A stretch of 64,000 bases of DNA from Elusimicrobia bacterium HGW-Elusimicrobia-3 (lineage in GTDB: Bacteria > Elusimicrobiota > Elusimicrobia > Elusimicrobiales > UBA9959). Positions 56,335 through 64,000 of the stretch are shown here, in pieces. The translations under genes were made by a program, and so were the position numbers. The DNA is taken from the NCBI GenBank assembly GCA_002840355.1, contig PHAL01000002.1:108857-172856 (forward strand), given 5' to 3'. Within the stretch, counting starts at the first letter, position 1. Each line of letters opens with the position of its first letter. Below the pieces are notes generated by a model that was not told the origin of the DNA, did not search any database, and saw only the letters and a program-made list of their open reading frames with translations.

Positions 56335-57441
56335 ATGGCCGCCAAAATAAAGAGAATAGCGATCAACACCGGCGGGGGTGACGCGCCGGGGCTCAACGCC
56401 GTCATCAGGGCGGTGGTCATCTCGGCGGCCAACAAGGGCTGGGAGGTGGTGGGCATACGCGACGGCTACAACGGCCTGCTGCTGCCGCAGGACTATCCAG
56501 ACGGCGGAGTGATACCGCTTACCCGCACTACGGTGCGCGGCATCACCCACCTGGGCGGCACCATCCTGGGCACCACCAACAAGGGCAACCCGGCCAAGTA
56601 CCCCACGCAGGACAAGCACGGGCGCTGGTACGAGGCTGACCGCACCGGCGAGCTGGTGAAACTTTTTAAAAAGAACAAGATCGACGCGCTGATCGCCCTG
56701 GGCGGCGACGGCTCGCTGGGCATAGCCAATTTGCTGGCGCAGAAGGGCCTGCGCGTCATCGGCGTGCCCAAGACCATAGACAACGACCTGAAAGGCACGG
56801 TCGCCACGTTCGGCTTCGACACCGCGGTGGCTTTCGCCACCGAGTGCCTGGACCGCCTGCATTCCACCGCCGAGGCGCACCGCCGCGTGATGGTGGTGGA
56901 GGTGATGGGCCGCTACGCGGGCTGGATAGCTCTCAACGCCGGCATCTCCGGCACCGCCGACGCCATCCTGATACCCGAGATACCGTACGACCTGAGCAAG
57001 GTGGCGGACTCCATCAAATACCTGGAGACCAGGAACAAGCATTTCGCCATCGTAGTGGTGGCCGAGGGCGCCAAGCCCAGGGGCGGCCAGGCCTGCGTGG
57101 TCAGTAAAGAGCTGGGCCGCCAGGAGAAACTGGGCGGCGTCGGCGAGCAGGTGGCCAGGGAACTGCAGGAACTCACGGGGCGAGAATGCCGCACCGTCGT
57201 GCTGGGTCACCTGCTGCGCGGCGGCAGCCCTACCACTTTCGACCGGCTGCTCTCGCTGCGCTTCGGCGCGGCCGCGGTGCGCGCCCTGGAAGAGGGGCGC
57301 AGCGGCGTGATGGTGGCGCTGGATCCGCCCAAGGTGCGCTATGTGCCGCTGGCGCAGGCCACGCAGCGCCTGAAGACCGTGCCGCGCGACTGCGACAGCG
57401 TGCTGACCGCGCGCAGCCTGGGCATCAGCTTCGGAGACTAA
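56335..57441 (+). CDS. pfkA: 6-phosphofructokinase (GGDGS type, likely ATP-dependent)
   Basis: IAINTGGGDAPGLNAVIRAVV, ALGGDGS, PKTIDNDL, VMGRYAGWIAL. Confidence 0.85.
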   Translation: MAAKIKRIAINTGGGDAPGLNAVIRAVVISAANKGWEVVGIRDGYNGLLLPQDYPDGGVIPLTRTTVRGITHLGGTILGTTNKGNPAKYPTQDKHGRWYEADRTGELVKLFKKNKIDALIALGGDGSLGIANLLAQKGLRVIGVPKTIDNDLKGTVATFGFDTAVAFATECLDRLHSTAEAHRRVMVVEVMGRYAGWIALNAGISGTADAILIPEIPYDLSKVADSIKYLETRNKHFAIVVVAEGAKPRGGQACVVSKELGRQEKLGGVGEQVARELQELTGRECRTVVLGHLLRGGSPTTFDRLLSLRFGAAAVRALEEGRSGVMVALDPPKVRYVPLAQATQRLKTVPRDCDSVLTARSLGISFGD

Positions 57442-57460
57442 GCGGGGGAAGGAGGGGGAT

Positions 57461-58063
57461 ATGCTTTCAGCCGTCATACTGGCCGCCGGGGATTCCGCCC
57501 GCATGGGGCGGCCCAAGGCCCTGCTGCAGTGGCGGGGCAAACCTTTCATAGAACATGTCTGCGACGCGCTGCGCCGCGCCGGCGTGGAAGACCGCGTAGT
57601 GGTGCTCGGGCGCGATTCGCACGCGATCCTTGCCGGGTGGACGCCAGCCGGCGAGAAAGTGACCGTCAATCCCAAGCCGGAGCACGGCCAGCTGTCCTCG
57701 CTGCGCGCCGGCCTGCTGGACGCCTCGCAAACCGCCGAGGGCTATTTGGTCTGCCTGGCCGACCAGCCTACCGTGGACCCGGAAACCTATAAAAAGATCA
57801 TAGACCGCTGGCTGGCGGATAAGGAGTGCGTGGTCATCCCCCGCACTTTCAGGGCCGCCGATTCTAAGCTAAAGCGCGGCCACCCCATCCTCATCCCGGC
57901 GGCGCACCGCGGGCTCTGCTTCGAGGGCCCGCTGGAGAAAGGCCTGCACTGGGTGACCCACCACCCGGCTGTGAAGATCTTCGATCTCGAAGTCAAAGAC
58001 CCCGGCATCATACTGGATTTCGACACCCCCGAAGATTACGCGGCGCTCGTAAAAGGCGCCTGA
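57461..58063 (+). CDS. MobA/MocA-like nucleotidyltransferase (molybdenum cofactor cytidylyl/guanylyltransferase family)
   Basis: MLSAVILAAGDSARMGRPKALLQWRGKPF is the N-terminal signature. 200 aa. The genomic context has xdhC and molybdo-hydroxylase subunits. Confidence 0.7.
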   Translation: MLSAVILAAGDSARMGRPKALLQWRGKPFIEHVCDALRRAGVEDRVVVLGRDSHAILAGWTPAGEKVTVNPKPEHGQLSSLRAGLLDASQTAEGYLVCLADQPTVDPETYKKIIDRWLADKECVVIPRTFRAADSKLKRGHPILIPAAHRGLCFEGPLEKGLHWVTHHPAVKIFDLEVKDPGIILDFDTPEDYAALVKGA

Positions 58064-58082
58064 GGTTCACGCAGGAGAAAAA

Positions 58083-59606
58083 ATGACCACCCCCGCCGCT
58101 AAAGCCGCCCGCCAGAAGCAGATGCAGGAGTTCTTCCGTATCCTCTCGGTGCCGTTCGTCCTGGCGCTGGTGAGCAGCACTTTCTTTTCCGTGGCCCTGA
58201 CCGCCTTTACGGGCCAGGCCGCGGCCAGCGCCAACCTGGGAAGATTGACCGCGGGCCCGTTCAGCCTCGGGGGCAGTTTTGGCTTTAACGCGGGGATAAT
58301 GTGGCTGCTGGTTTACCTCTGGGGCAGGCCCGCTTTCCTGTACGTGAAAAATCCCGACGAGAAACTCAAGGCGAAGGTGAGGGTGCGGCTGGGTAATATA
58401 TATCGGGACGCTTTCCTGATGATCTTTATCGTGCAGGTGCTTTTCCTCGCCGTGTGCGCGCTGCTCCCCGGCGCCATCTCCGCGGCGGAGTACGGCGCTT
58501 CTGGCGTGGCCTTCCTGGCGCAGGCGGCGCTGCTGGTGGTCTATATCGACGCGCACCTGTCGAAACAGCAGAACCTGATGGCGGCCCTTTATTCCCCCGA
58601 GGAGTTGTCCAGGCTCAGGCCTGGCTTCTCCATCCCGGTCTACATAAAGATCTCCACGATGGTGACAGGCTTCGCCATACTGCCGTTCATCCTGATCAGC
58701 ATAATGGGATTTAAGCGGGTGCCATGGGATGTATTCTTCGGCGATCTGAAGTTTCTTCTTTTCATCTCGGGCGCGGTGCTGCTCAACGGCCTTTCCAGCG
58801 TCTACAGCGGCGTGCAGAAGCCGCTGGACGGCCTGATAGGCAAGATGCGCCGCGTGGCCGGCGGCGAGTTCGTCAAGACGCGCGTCTATTTCTCCGACGA
58901 GATCGGCAACCTTAAGGCCGGCTTCAACGACATGGTGGACGGGCTGAAGGAGCGCGAGGAACTGCACGACACCTTCGGCAAGTACCTCTCCATCGAGATC
59001 GCCCGCGAGCTGATCCACAACAAGAAGGTGAACCTGGGCGGCGAGGATATGGAGGCCGCCGTGATGTTCTGCGATATCCGCAACTTCACGCCGCTGTCCG
59101 AGACCATGAGCGCCGGCTCGCTGGTGGACTTTCTCAATAAGTATTTCCACTATATCACTCCGCCGATCACGGAGCACAACGGCGTGATCAACAAGTTCCT
59201 GGGCGACGCGGTGATGGCCATCTATACGCCCTCGCTGGGCTCGGGCGATTACGCCGCCGACGCCGTGCGCGCGGCCGTGGGCATGCGCGCCGCGCTGGCG
59301 GAATTCAACGCCTCGGGCCAGGCGCCGGGCCGCGTGGAGTTCGGCGTGGGCATACATTGCGGCCGTCTGGTGGCCGGCAACATCGGCACCAAGGCCCGCC
59401 TGGAGTACACCTTTATCGGCGACACGGTCAACATCGCCTCGCGGCTGGAGTCCAAGACCAAGGAACTGAACACGGACATCGTGGTCAGCGCGGCTGCGGT
59501 GGAGCGGGCGCGGGGTTCGCTGGGCGGCGGCATTAAGTTCGAGCCGCTGGGCCGCGCGGTGCTGAAGGGAAAATCCGAGACGCTGGAGATCTACAAGGTA
59601 GCCTGA
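58083..59606 (+). CDS. membrane adenylate/guanylate cyclase with HAMP domain
   Basis: Multiple TM helices and a HAMP domain (DEIGNLKAGFNDMVDGL). Class III cyclase motifs: VMFCDIRNFTPLSE, FLGDAVMAIY, GIHCGRLVAGNIG, FIGDTVNIASRLES. Confidence 0.9.
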   Translation: MTTPAAKAARQKQMQEFFRILSVPFVLALVSSTFFSVALTAFTGQAAASANLGRLTAGPFSLGGSFGFNAGIMWLLVYLWGRPAFLYVKNPDEKLKAKVRVRLGNIYRDAFLMIFIVQVLFLAVCALLPGAISAAEYGASGVAFLAQAALLVVYIDAHLSKQQNLMAALYSPEELSRLRPGFSIPVYIKISTMVTGFAILPFILISIMGFKRVPWDVFFGDLKFLLFISGAVLLNGLSSVYSGVQKPLDGLIGKMRRVAGGEFVKTRVYFSDEIGNLKAGFNDMVDGLKEREELHDTFGKYLSIEIARELIHNKKVNLGGEDMEAAVMFCDIRNFTPLSETMSAGSLVDFLNKYFHYITPPITEHNGVINKFLGDAVMAIYTPSLGSGDYAADAVRAAVGMRAALAEFNASGQAPGRVEFGVGIHCGRLVAGNIGTKARLEYTFIGDTVNIASRLESKTKELNTDIVVSAAAVERARGSLGGGIKFEPLGRAVLKGKSETLEIYKVA

Positions 59607-59625
59607 AATAGTAAAATTAACAACT

Positions 59626-60435
59626 ATGAAAGAATCCAGGAACATTATCAAACTGCTCGCCGAAGCCATAGACGAGGGCCGCGGGGCGGCTTTCGTTACC
59701 GTCATTTCCGTCGACGGCTCCACGCCCAGGGAGGCCGGCGCCAAGATGCTGGTCTACGCCGACGGCTCCATAGAAGGTACGGTGGGCGGCGGCTCCATAG
59801 AGGCGCTGACCATAAAACAGGCCGTGGCCTGCATAAAGGCCGGCCAGGGCGGCAAGTTCGTTTTCGACCTCAAGCCGCAGGGCAATACCGGCATGATCTG
59901 CATGGGCAGGATGGAAGTCTATGTGGACGTCTACAAGAACCCTTTTAAAGTGCTGATACTGGGCGGCGGCCACGTGGGCGTGAAGATAGCCGAGGCCTGC
60001 CGTCTGGCCGGCTACCCGTACACGGTGGCCGACGACCGCAAGGAGTTCGCCAACGCCGAGCGCTTCCCTGGCGCGATGGACATCATCAATGAATTTCCGC
60101 ATAAGGCCGTGGCTGCCGCCCGGGTGGACGCCGAGACCTACGCCGTCATCGTCACCCGCGGCCACGCGCTGGACCGCGAATGCCTGGAGGCCGTCATGCG
60201 CACCCCCGCGGCCTATATCGGCATGATAGGCAGCCGCGACAAGGTGGGGGAGATCTTCCGCCTGCTCGGCAAAAAAAAGCTTTACCCGCTCAAGGACCCC
60301 CGCGTGCATTCCCCGGTGGGCCTGAACCTGGGCGGCAAGGCCCCCGGCGAGATAGCCGTCTCCGTGCTGGCCGAGATCATGGCGGTGCATTACAAGCGCG
60401 ACGCCGCCAGTATGCGCGACCTGAAGAAAAAATAA
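59626..60435 (+). CDS. xdhC: XdhC/CoxI-family molybdo-enzyme maturation factor
   Basis: AFVTVISVDGSTPREAGAKMLV..., VLILGGGHVGVKIAE, YIGMIGSRDK. Confidence 0.8.
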   Translation: MKESRNIIKLLAEAIDEGRGAAFVTVISVDGSTPREAGAKMLVYADGSIEGTVGGGSIEALTIKQAVACIKAGQGGKFVFDLKPQGNTGMICMGRMEVYVDVYKNPFKVLILGGGHVGVKIAEACRLAGYPYTVADDRKEFANAERFPGAMDIINEFPHKAVAAARVDAETYAVIVTRGHALDRECLEAVMRTPAAYIGMIGSRDKVGEIFRLLGKKKLYPLKDPRVHSPVGLNLGGKAPGEIAVSVLAEIMAVHYKRDAASMRDLKKK

Positions 60436-60597
60436 CCGCGGGCCTGCCGGCGCTAGTGTAACCAAGTGCTACTACCGCTGGTAAAGCCGAATATGATATA
60501 AATAAAGAATCGCAACCGGCGGACCTTTCTGGTCCGGTATGGGGGCGCTCTATTTGGGCGATTTGCGGAACGAAACAAGGGTAAGGGGAAACAGGGC

Positions 60598-61887
60598 ATG
60601 AAAACCATCACGAAAATATTGTTCGGCGCGCTTATGCTGGCCTTCACGGCCGGCGCCTACGCCGAAGATAAGTACGACCAGCTCTCCAAAGAGCTGACCG
60701 AGGCCGGCGCCTCGGTGCAGGGCAAGAAGATCGCCATCATCCCGTTCTCTTACGCCGACGGCCGCCCCGGGGTTTCCAAGGACGGTTCGGTGATCTCCGA
60801 GCGCCTGACGATCAAGATGATCAACTCCCACAAATTCGAGATCATCGAGCGCTCCGTGCTCGACAAGGTGATGGCCGAGCTCAAGCTGCAGGCCTCCGGC
60901 ACAATAGACGCCTCCTCCGCCCAGCAGCTGGGCAAGGTGCTCGGCGTGGAAGCCATTATCACCGGCACGCTGGTGGAGATGCAGGCCGGCGAGATAGAGG
61001 TCAACGCCCGCCTGATCAAGACCGAGACCGCCCAGGCCATAGGCGCCTCCCAGGTCTCCGTCAGGAAGGACTGGATAGGCGACGCCTCCTCCGCCCCGCA
61101 GCAGACTTACCAGCAGCCCGCGCCGCAGCCTGTGTACCAGCAGACCACTTACCAGCCCCAGCCGGCGCCCGCGGCCAAGGCCCGCGCCCCCAAGGGCGAG
61201 TTCGAGTACGGCTTCTTCGACATCATCATGGGCGGCGGCAACCGCACCATAGATATCGCCTACGAGAATTCCGGCAACGGCATCTATTTCAACCAGATCG
61301 GCTTCACCGCTTCCGGCATCTCCAACGGCCCTTACCGCGAGGTCAAGATAGAGGACCTGCAGGGCGTAGGTATGGGCCCGGTCGGCATCCGCGTGGGCGG
61401 TTTCGGCAAGGGCGCCATCGGCGGCGATTTCGAATTCTCCGTCAGCCGCCACGACGTGGAGCCCCAGAAGGCCGTGGGCACCAGGAACGGCTTGCCCACC
61501 AACTTCTCGCTGCCCACCGGCGGCAACTACCTGACCATGACCTCTTTCGGCATCAGCGGCGACCTGCTGATCCGCGTGCCCACCAAGAAGGTGGACCCGT
61601 ATATCGGCATGGGCCTGGGCCTCTCGCTTAACCGCGTGCAGATGCCCTACGTGTACGGTTTCACCAACTCTTCCGTCTTCAGCCGCCCGGTGGACGACTT
61701 CGGCATAGGCCTGATGCTGCGCGTGCCCGTCGGCATGCGCATCAAGCTCGACCCGAAGATGCACCTGGTGGCCGAGCTGCGCTACGAGATGAACACCGTG
61801 TTCTTCGACCGCGGCATCGCCACCGAGAGCGACACGATCACCTCCTCCGGCATGCGCTTCGTGCTGGGCCTCGGGTTCGGCCTGTAG
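60598..61887 (+). CDS. secreted protein: FlgO/LpoB/CsgG-like N-terminal domain + Q/P linker + C-terminal beta-barrel-like domain
   Basis: Signal peptide. KKIAIIPFSYADG...ISERLTIKMINSHKFEIIERSVLDKVMAELKLQASG...LGVEAIITGTL...IEVNARLIKTETAQAI. QQTYQQPAPQPVYQQTTYQPQP linker. Alternating-strand C-terminus ending GLGFGL. Confidence 0.55.
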   Translation: MKTITKILFGALMLAFTAGAYAEDKYDQLSKELTEAGASVQGKKIAIIPFSYADGRPGVSKDGSVISERLTIKMINSHKFEIIERSVLDKVMAELKLQASGTIDASSAQQLGKVLGVEAIITGTLVEMQAGEIEVNARLIKTETAQAIGASQVSVRKDWIGDASSAPQQTYQQPAPQPVYQQTTYQPQPAPAAKARAPKGEFEYGFFDIIMGGGNRTIDIAYENSGNGIYFNQIGFTASGISNGPYREVKIEDLQGVGMGPVGIRVGGFGKGAIGGDFEFSVSRHDVEPQKAVGTRNGLPTNFSLPTGGNYLTMTSFGISGDLLIRVPTKKVDPYIGMGLGLSLNRVQMPYVYGFTNSSVFSRPVDDFGIGLMLRVPVGMRIKLDPKMHLVAELRYEMNTVFFDRGIATESDTITSSGMRFVLGLGFGL

Positions 61888-61917
61888 AATTCTGCGCCGG
61901 CGCCGCCGGCTTTACCG

Positions 61918-61954
61918 CAAGAAGCCGGAGCCCAGCTCCGGCTTCTTGCTTTTA
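61918..61954 (+). terminator. rho-independent terminator
   Basis: CAAGAAGCCGGAGC-CCA-GCTCCGGCTTCTTG (perfect 14-bp stem) followed by CTTTTA. Confidence 0.7.
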
Positions 61955-62044
61955 AGGCGGGCGGCGGGCTTTATAGGCTAAACAGAATCTGCTATATTCT
62001 CTTATTATAAATAGGGCGAAAGCCGCCTTTTCTAAGGATCCTAT

Positions 62045-62890
62045 ATGAAACTATCCGAATTCATCCGTCCCGCCAGCCTGGCCGAAGCGCGCAAGTCCCT
62101 GCGCCAGCTCGGTCCCAAGGGCATGCCGCTGGCCGGCGGCACCGCGCTGCATTTCATGCCCGGAAAAACTCCGGTCACCGCGGTGGACATAACCCGCCTG
62201 GGCCTCTCCTACATCAAGCAGAAAGGCGATTTCTTCGTCATCGGCGCCGCCACGCCGCTGGCCGACATACAGCGTTACCGCGGCCCCCGCTGGGCCATGC
62301 ACGAGATCTGCCGCCGCATCTCCACCCACCAGGTCCGCAATGTCTCAACCATCGGCGGCAACATCGCCCGCGTCTTCCCCTGGGCCGACCTGCCCGTGGT
62401 GCTGCTCGCCATGGACGCCCGGCTGGTGATCTACTCCGGCAAAGAGAAAGACATGCCGGCCGACGAGTATTTCTCCTCCCAGCCCGCGCGGCTGTTCCGC
62501 GGGGGGGACCTGCTTACCGCCGTCAAAATACCGGTGCTCAAGGCCCATCACGGCTTCGGTTCGGTGAAAGCCACCCGCAACGCCACCGCTTTCTCGCTGG
62601 TGACCATTGCCGCCCTACTGGAACTCAAGGGCGGCATCATCAAGTCGGCGCGCGTGGCCGCCGGCAGCGGCATCCCCTTCCCGCAGCGGCTCAAACCCGT
62701 AGAGGCGGCCCTCGCGGGCAAAGAGGCCTCGACTGCCGTCTTCAGGGAAGCCGCGGCCGCCGCCGGAGCCGCCGCCCGGTGGGTGGGCGGCGAGGGCATG
62801 AGCGCGGACTATATACGCCAGCTCGCCGAAGTCTCCATCCTGGACGCCCTGGAAAGGGCCGCTGAATTCGCTCGCGGGAGGGCCGCATAA
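62045..62890 (+). CDS. molybdo-hydroxylase FAD-binding (medium) subunit, XdhB/CoxM-like
   Basis: 281 aa. LAGGTALHF, NVSTIGGNIA and the CO-dehydrogenase flavoprotein C-terminal-like end. It is followed by the 2Fe-2S and Mo subunits. Confidence 0.8.
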   Translation: MKLSEFIRPASLAEARKSLRQLGPKGMPLAGGTALHFMPGKTPVTAVDITRLGLSYIKQKGDFFVIGAATPLADIQRYRGPRWAMHEICRRISTHQVRNVSTIGGNIARVFPWADLPVVLLAMDARLVIYSGKEKDMPADEYFSSQPARLFRGGDLLTAVKIPVLKAHHGFGSVKATRNATAFSLVTIAALLELKGGIIKSARVAAGSGIPFPQRLKPVEAALAGKEASTAVFREAAAAAGAAARWVGGEGMSADYIRQLAEVSILDALERAAEFARGRAA

Positions 62891-63414
62891 TGACCAAGAC
62901 TGACCACACCGTAAACTTCACGCTCAACGGCGAGAAAAAGACCTTCGCCACCAGGCCCGACGAGAAACTGCTCGCCCTGCTGCGCCGCGAGGGCTACCGC
63001 GGCACCAAGTACGGCTGCGGCCAGGGCACCTGCGGCGCCTGCACCGTGCTGCTGGACGGCCGGGCCACCTACGCCTGTCTCCTTTACGCCATGCAGGCCG
63101 AGGGCCGCGCGGTGCGCACGATCGAGAGCGCCGGCACCTTCGACAACCCGTCGGAGTTCCAGAAGCAGCTGGTGGCGGCCGGCGCCGTGCAATGCGGCTA
63201 CTGCATCCCGGGCATGGTGATGAGCGCCACCGCCCTGATGGAGACCGAGGCGGTGCTCGAGGACGAGATCGTTAAGGAATACATGGACGGCAACCTCTGC
63301 CGCTGCACCGGCTACGAGAAGATCTGGGTGGCCCTGCGCAAGACGCTGGACAAGCAGGCCGCCGCCCCGGCCCGCGCCCGCAGGAAATCCTCCTCGAAGG
63401 GGTCCAAGAAATGA
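62890..63414 (+). CDS. molybdo-hydroxylase [2Fe-2S] small subunit
   Basis: GCGQGTCGACTVLLDG and QCGYCIPGM...LCRCTGY are the two 2Fe-2S binding motifs. Confidence 0.9.
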   Translation: MTKTDHTVNFTLNGEKKTFATRPDEKLLALLRREGYRGTKYGCGQGTCGACTVLLDGRATYACLLYAMQAEGRAVRTIESAGTFDNPSEFQKQLVAAGAVQCGYCIPGMVMSATALMETEAVLEDEIVKEYMDGNLCRCTGYEKIWVALRKTLDKQAAAPARARRKSSSKGSKK

Positions 63415-64000
63415 ACCGCCACGAAAAAGCCAAGAACTTCAAGCAGGTAAACCATTCCGTCACCAAGATAGACGCGCTGCAGCTGGCCCTCGGCAAGGAC
63501 TCCTACGTGGCCGACTTCGTGCCCAACGACGCGCTCATCGTCAAGATGCTGTGGAGCCCTCACGCCCACGCCCGCATCAAGAAGCTCGATGTCAGCCGCG
63601 CCGAGAAGATGCCCGGCGTGAAGGCCGTGCTCTGGTACGGCAATGTGCCGCGCATAGCCCACTGCACCGCCGGCCAGGGCTTCCCCGAGCCGTCGCCTTA
63701 CGACACCTTCATGTTCGATAAAAAGGTGCGCTTCGTAGGCGACCGCGTGGCCGCCGTCGCGGCCGAGACCGAGGAGCAGGCCCTGGCCGCCCTCGAGGCC
63801 ATCAAGGTGGAATACGAACTCCTCAAGCCCGTGTTCACCCTCGACGAGGCCATGGCCCCCGGCGCCCCCGTCATCCACGACGAGGCCGAGGCCCACGTGC
63901 CGATCCCGATCCCCTACGAGCCCAAGAAGAACCTGGTGGCCCACGTGGCCTGCGAGGCCGGCAGCTTCGCCGAGGGGCTGAAGCAGGCCGACTTCAAGTT
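63411..64000 (+). CDS. molybdo-hydroxylase large (molybdopterin) subunit, 3' end beyond window
   Basis: Hand translation from the ATG at 63411 (overlapping the upstream TGA) gives MNRHEKAKNFKQVNHSVTKIDALQLALGKDSYVADF...VKMLWSPHAHARIKKLDVSRAEKMPGVKAV...RFVGDRVAAVAAETEEQA. This is the a/b-hammerhead domain of aldehyde oxidase/xanthine dehydrogenase. The frame stays open to nt 64000. Confidence 0.85.
   Translation, partial: MNRHEKAKNFKQVNHSVTKIDALQLALGKDSYVADFVPNDALIVKMLWSPHAHARIKKLDVSRAEKMPGVKAVLWYGNVPRIAHCTAGQGFPEPSPYDTFMFDKKVRFVGDRVAAVAAETEEQALAALEAIKVEYELLKPVFTLDEAMAPGAPVIHDEAEAHVPIPIPYEPKKNLVAHVACEAGSFAEGLKQADFK

Noticed and set aside
54966-57675. Minus-strand ORFs 54966-56456 (496 aa) and 56212-57675 (487 aa)
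   Set aside because: They are antisense to the amidohydrolase and pfkA genes. Both are low-complexity Ala/Gly/Arg/His translations.
58008-59744. 578-aa minus-strand ORF
   Set aside because: It is antisense to the adenylate cyclase gene, which has unambiguous class III cyclase motifs.

Overview
GC-rich bacterial chromosomal segment from a diderm-type organism (OmpA-like MotB, several beta-barrel OMPs). I count about 57 protein genes. By eye I found no rRNA, tRNA, CRISPR array, transposase or integrase. All calls come from reading the ORF translations and the nucleotide sequence; nothing was computed or searched.

Layout:
(1) 1-2.7 kb: housekeeping genes (hutI 3' end, HAD hydrolase, SIS protein).
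(2) 2.7-6.6 kb: a minus-strand run of five receiver-domain genes plus a coiled-coil ORF, then a divergent OmpR-type regulator.
(3) 6.7-28.6 kb: two blocks of Sec-signal-bearing surface 'fibre' proteins sharing a GDGSGL...D(N/D)LG(N/S/D)H.A(T/V)(T/Q) motif. They include a 1668-aa giant with an internal DUF1566-like lectin domain, two tandem 407-aa paralogs and a 1222-aa protein with 14 tandem ~192-bp SBBP-like propeller repeats. The blocks are interrupted by two-component genes.
(4) 28.6-33.8 kb: a C-terminally truncated OmpR-type regulator abutting a lower-GC patch of secreted hypotheticals, then a pentapeptide-repeat protein, a receiver and a C11 peptidase.
(5) 33.9-39 kb: two large hybrid histidine kinases.
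(6) 39.5-48.1 kb, the most unusual part: a tight operon encoding a receiver-less winged-helix protein, a PorV-like OM barrel fused to TPR, a minimal histidine kinase, MotA, a FliF-like/FliG-like fusion protein, two Pro/Ala-rich coiled-coil proteins and MotB. No other flagellar genes are in the window.
(7) 48.4-64 kb: purine/molybdo-hydroxylase-type catabolism (ssnA, YgfK/DPD-like flavoprotein, amidohydrolase, mocA-like, xdhC, FAD/2Fe-2S/Mo subunits) interleaved with a Ser/Thr kinase, PFK, an adenylate cyclase and an OMP.

A conserved promoter-like element (CTTCGGGATTY-N16-TATAAT) occurs four times. It links the OmpR-like paralogs, the first fibre operon, an HK/RR pair and the motor-like operon. 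Many long antisense ORFs in the track are GC-rich artefacts.
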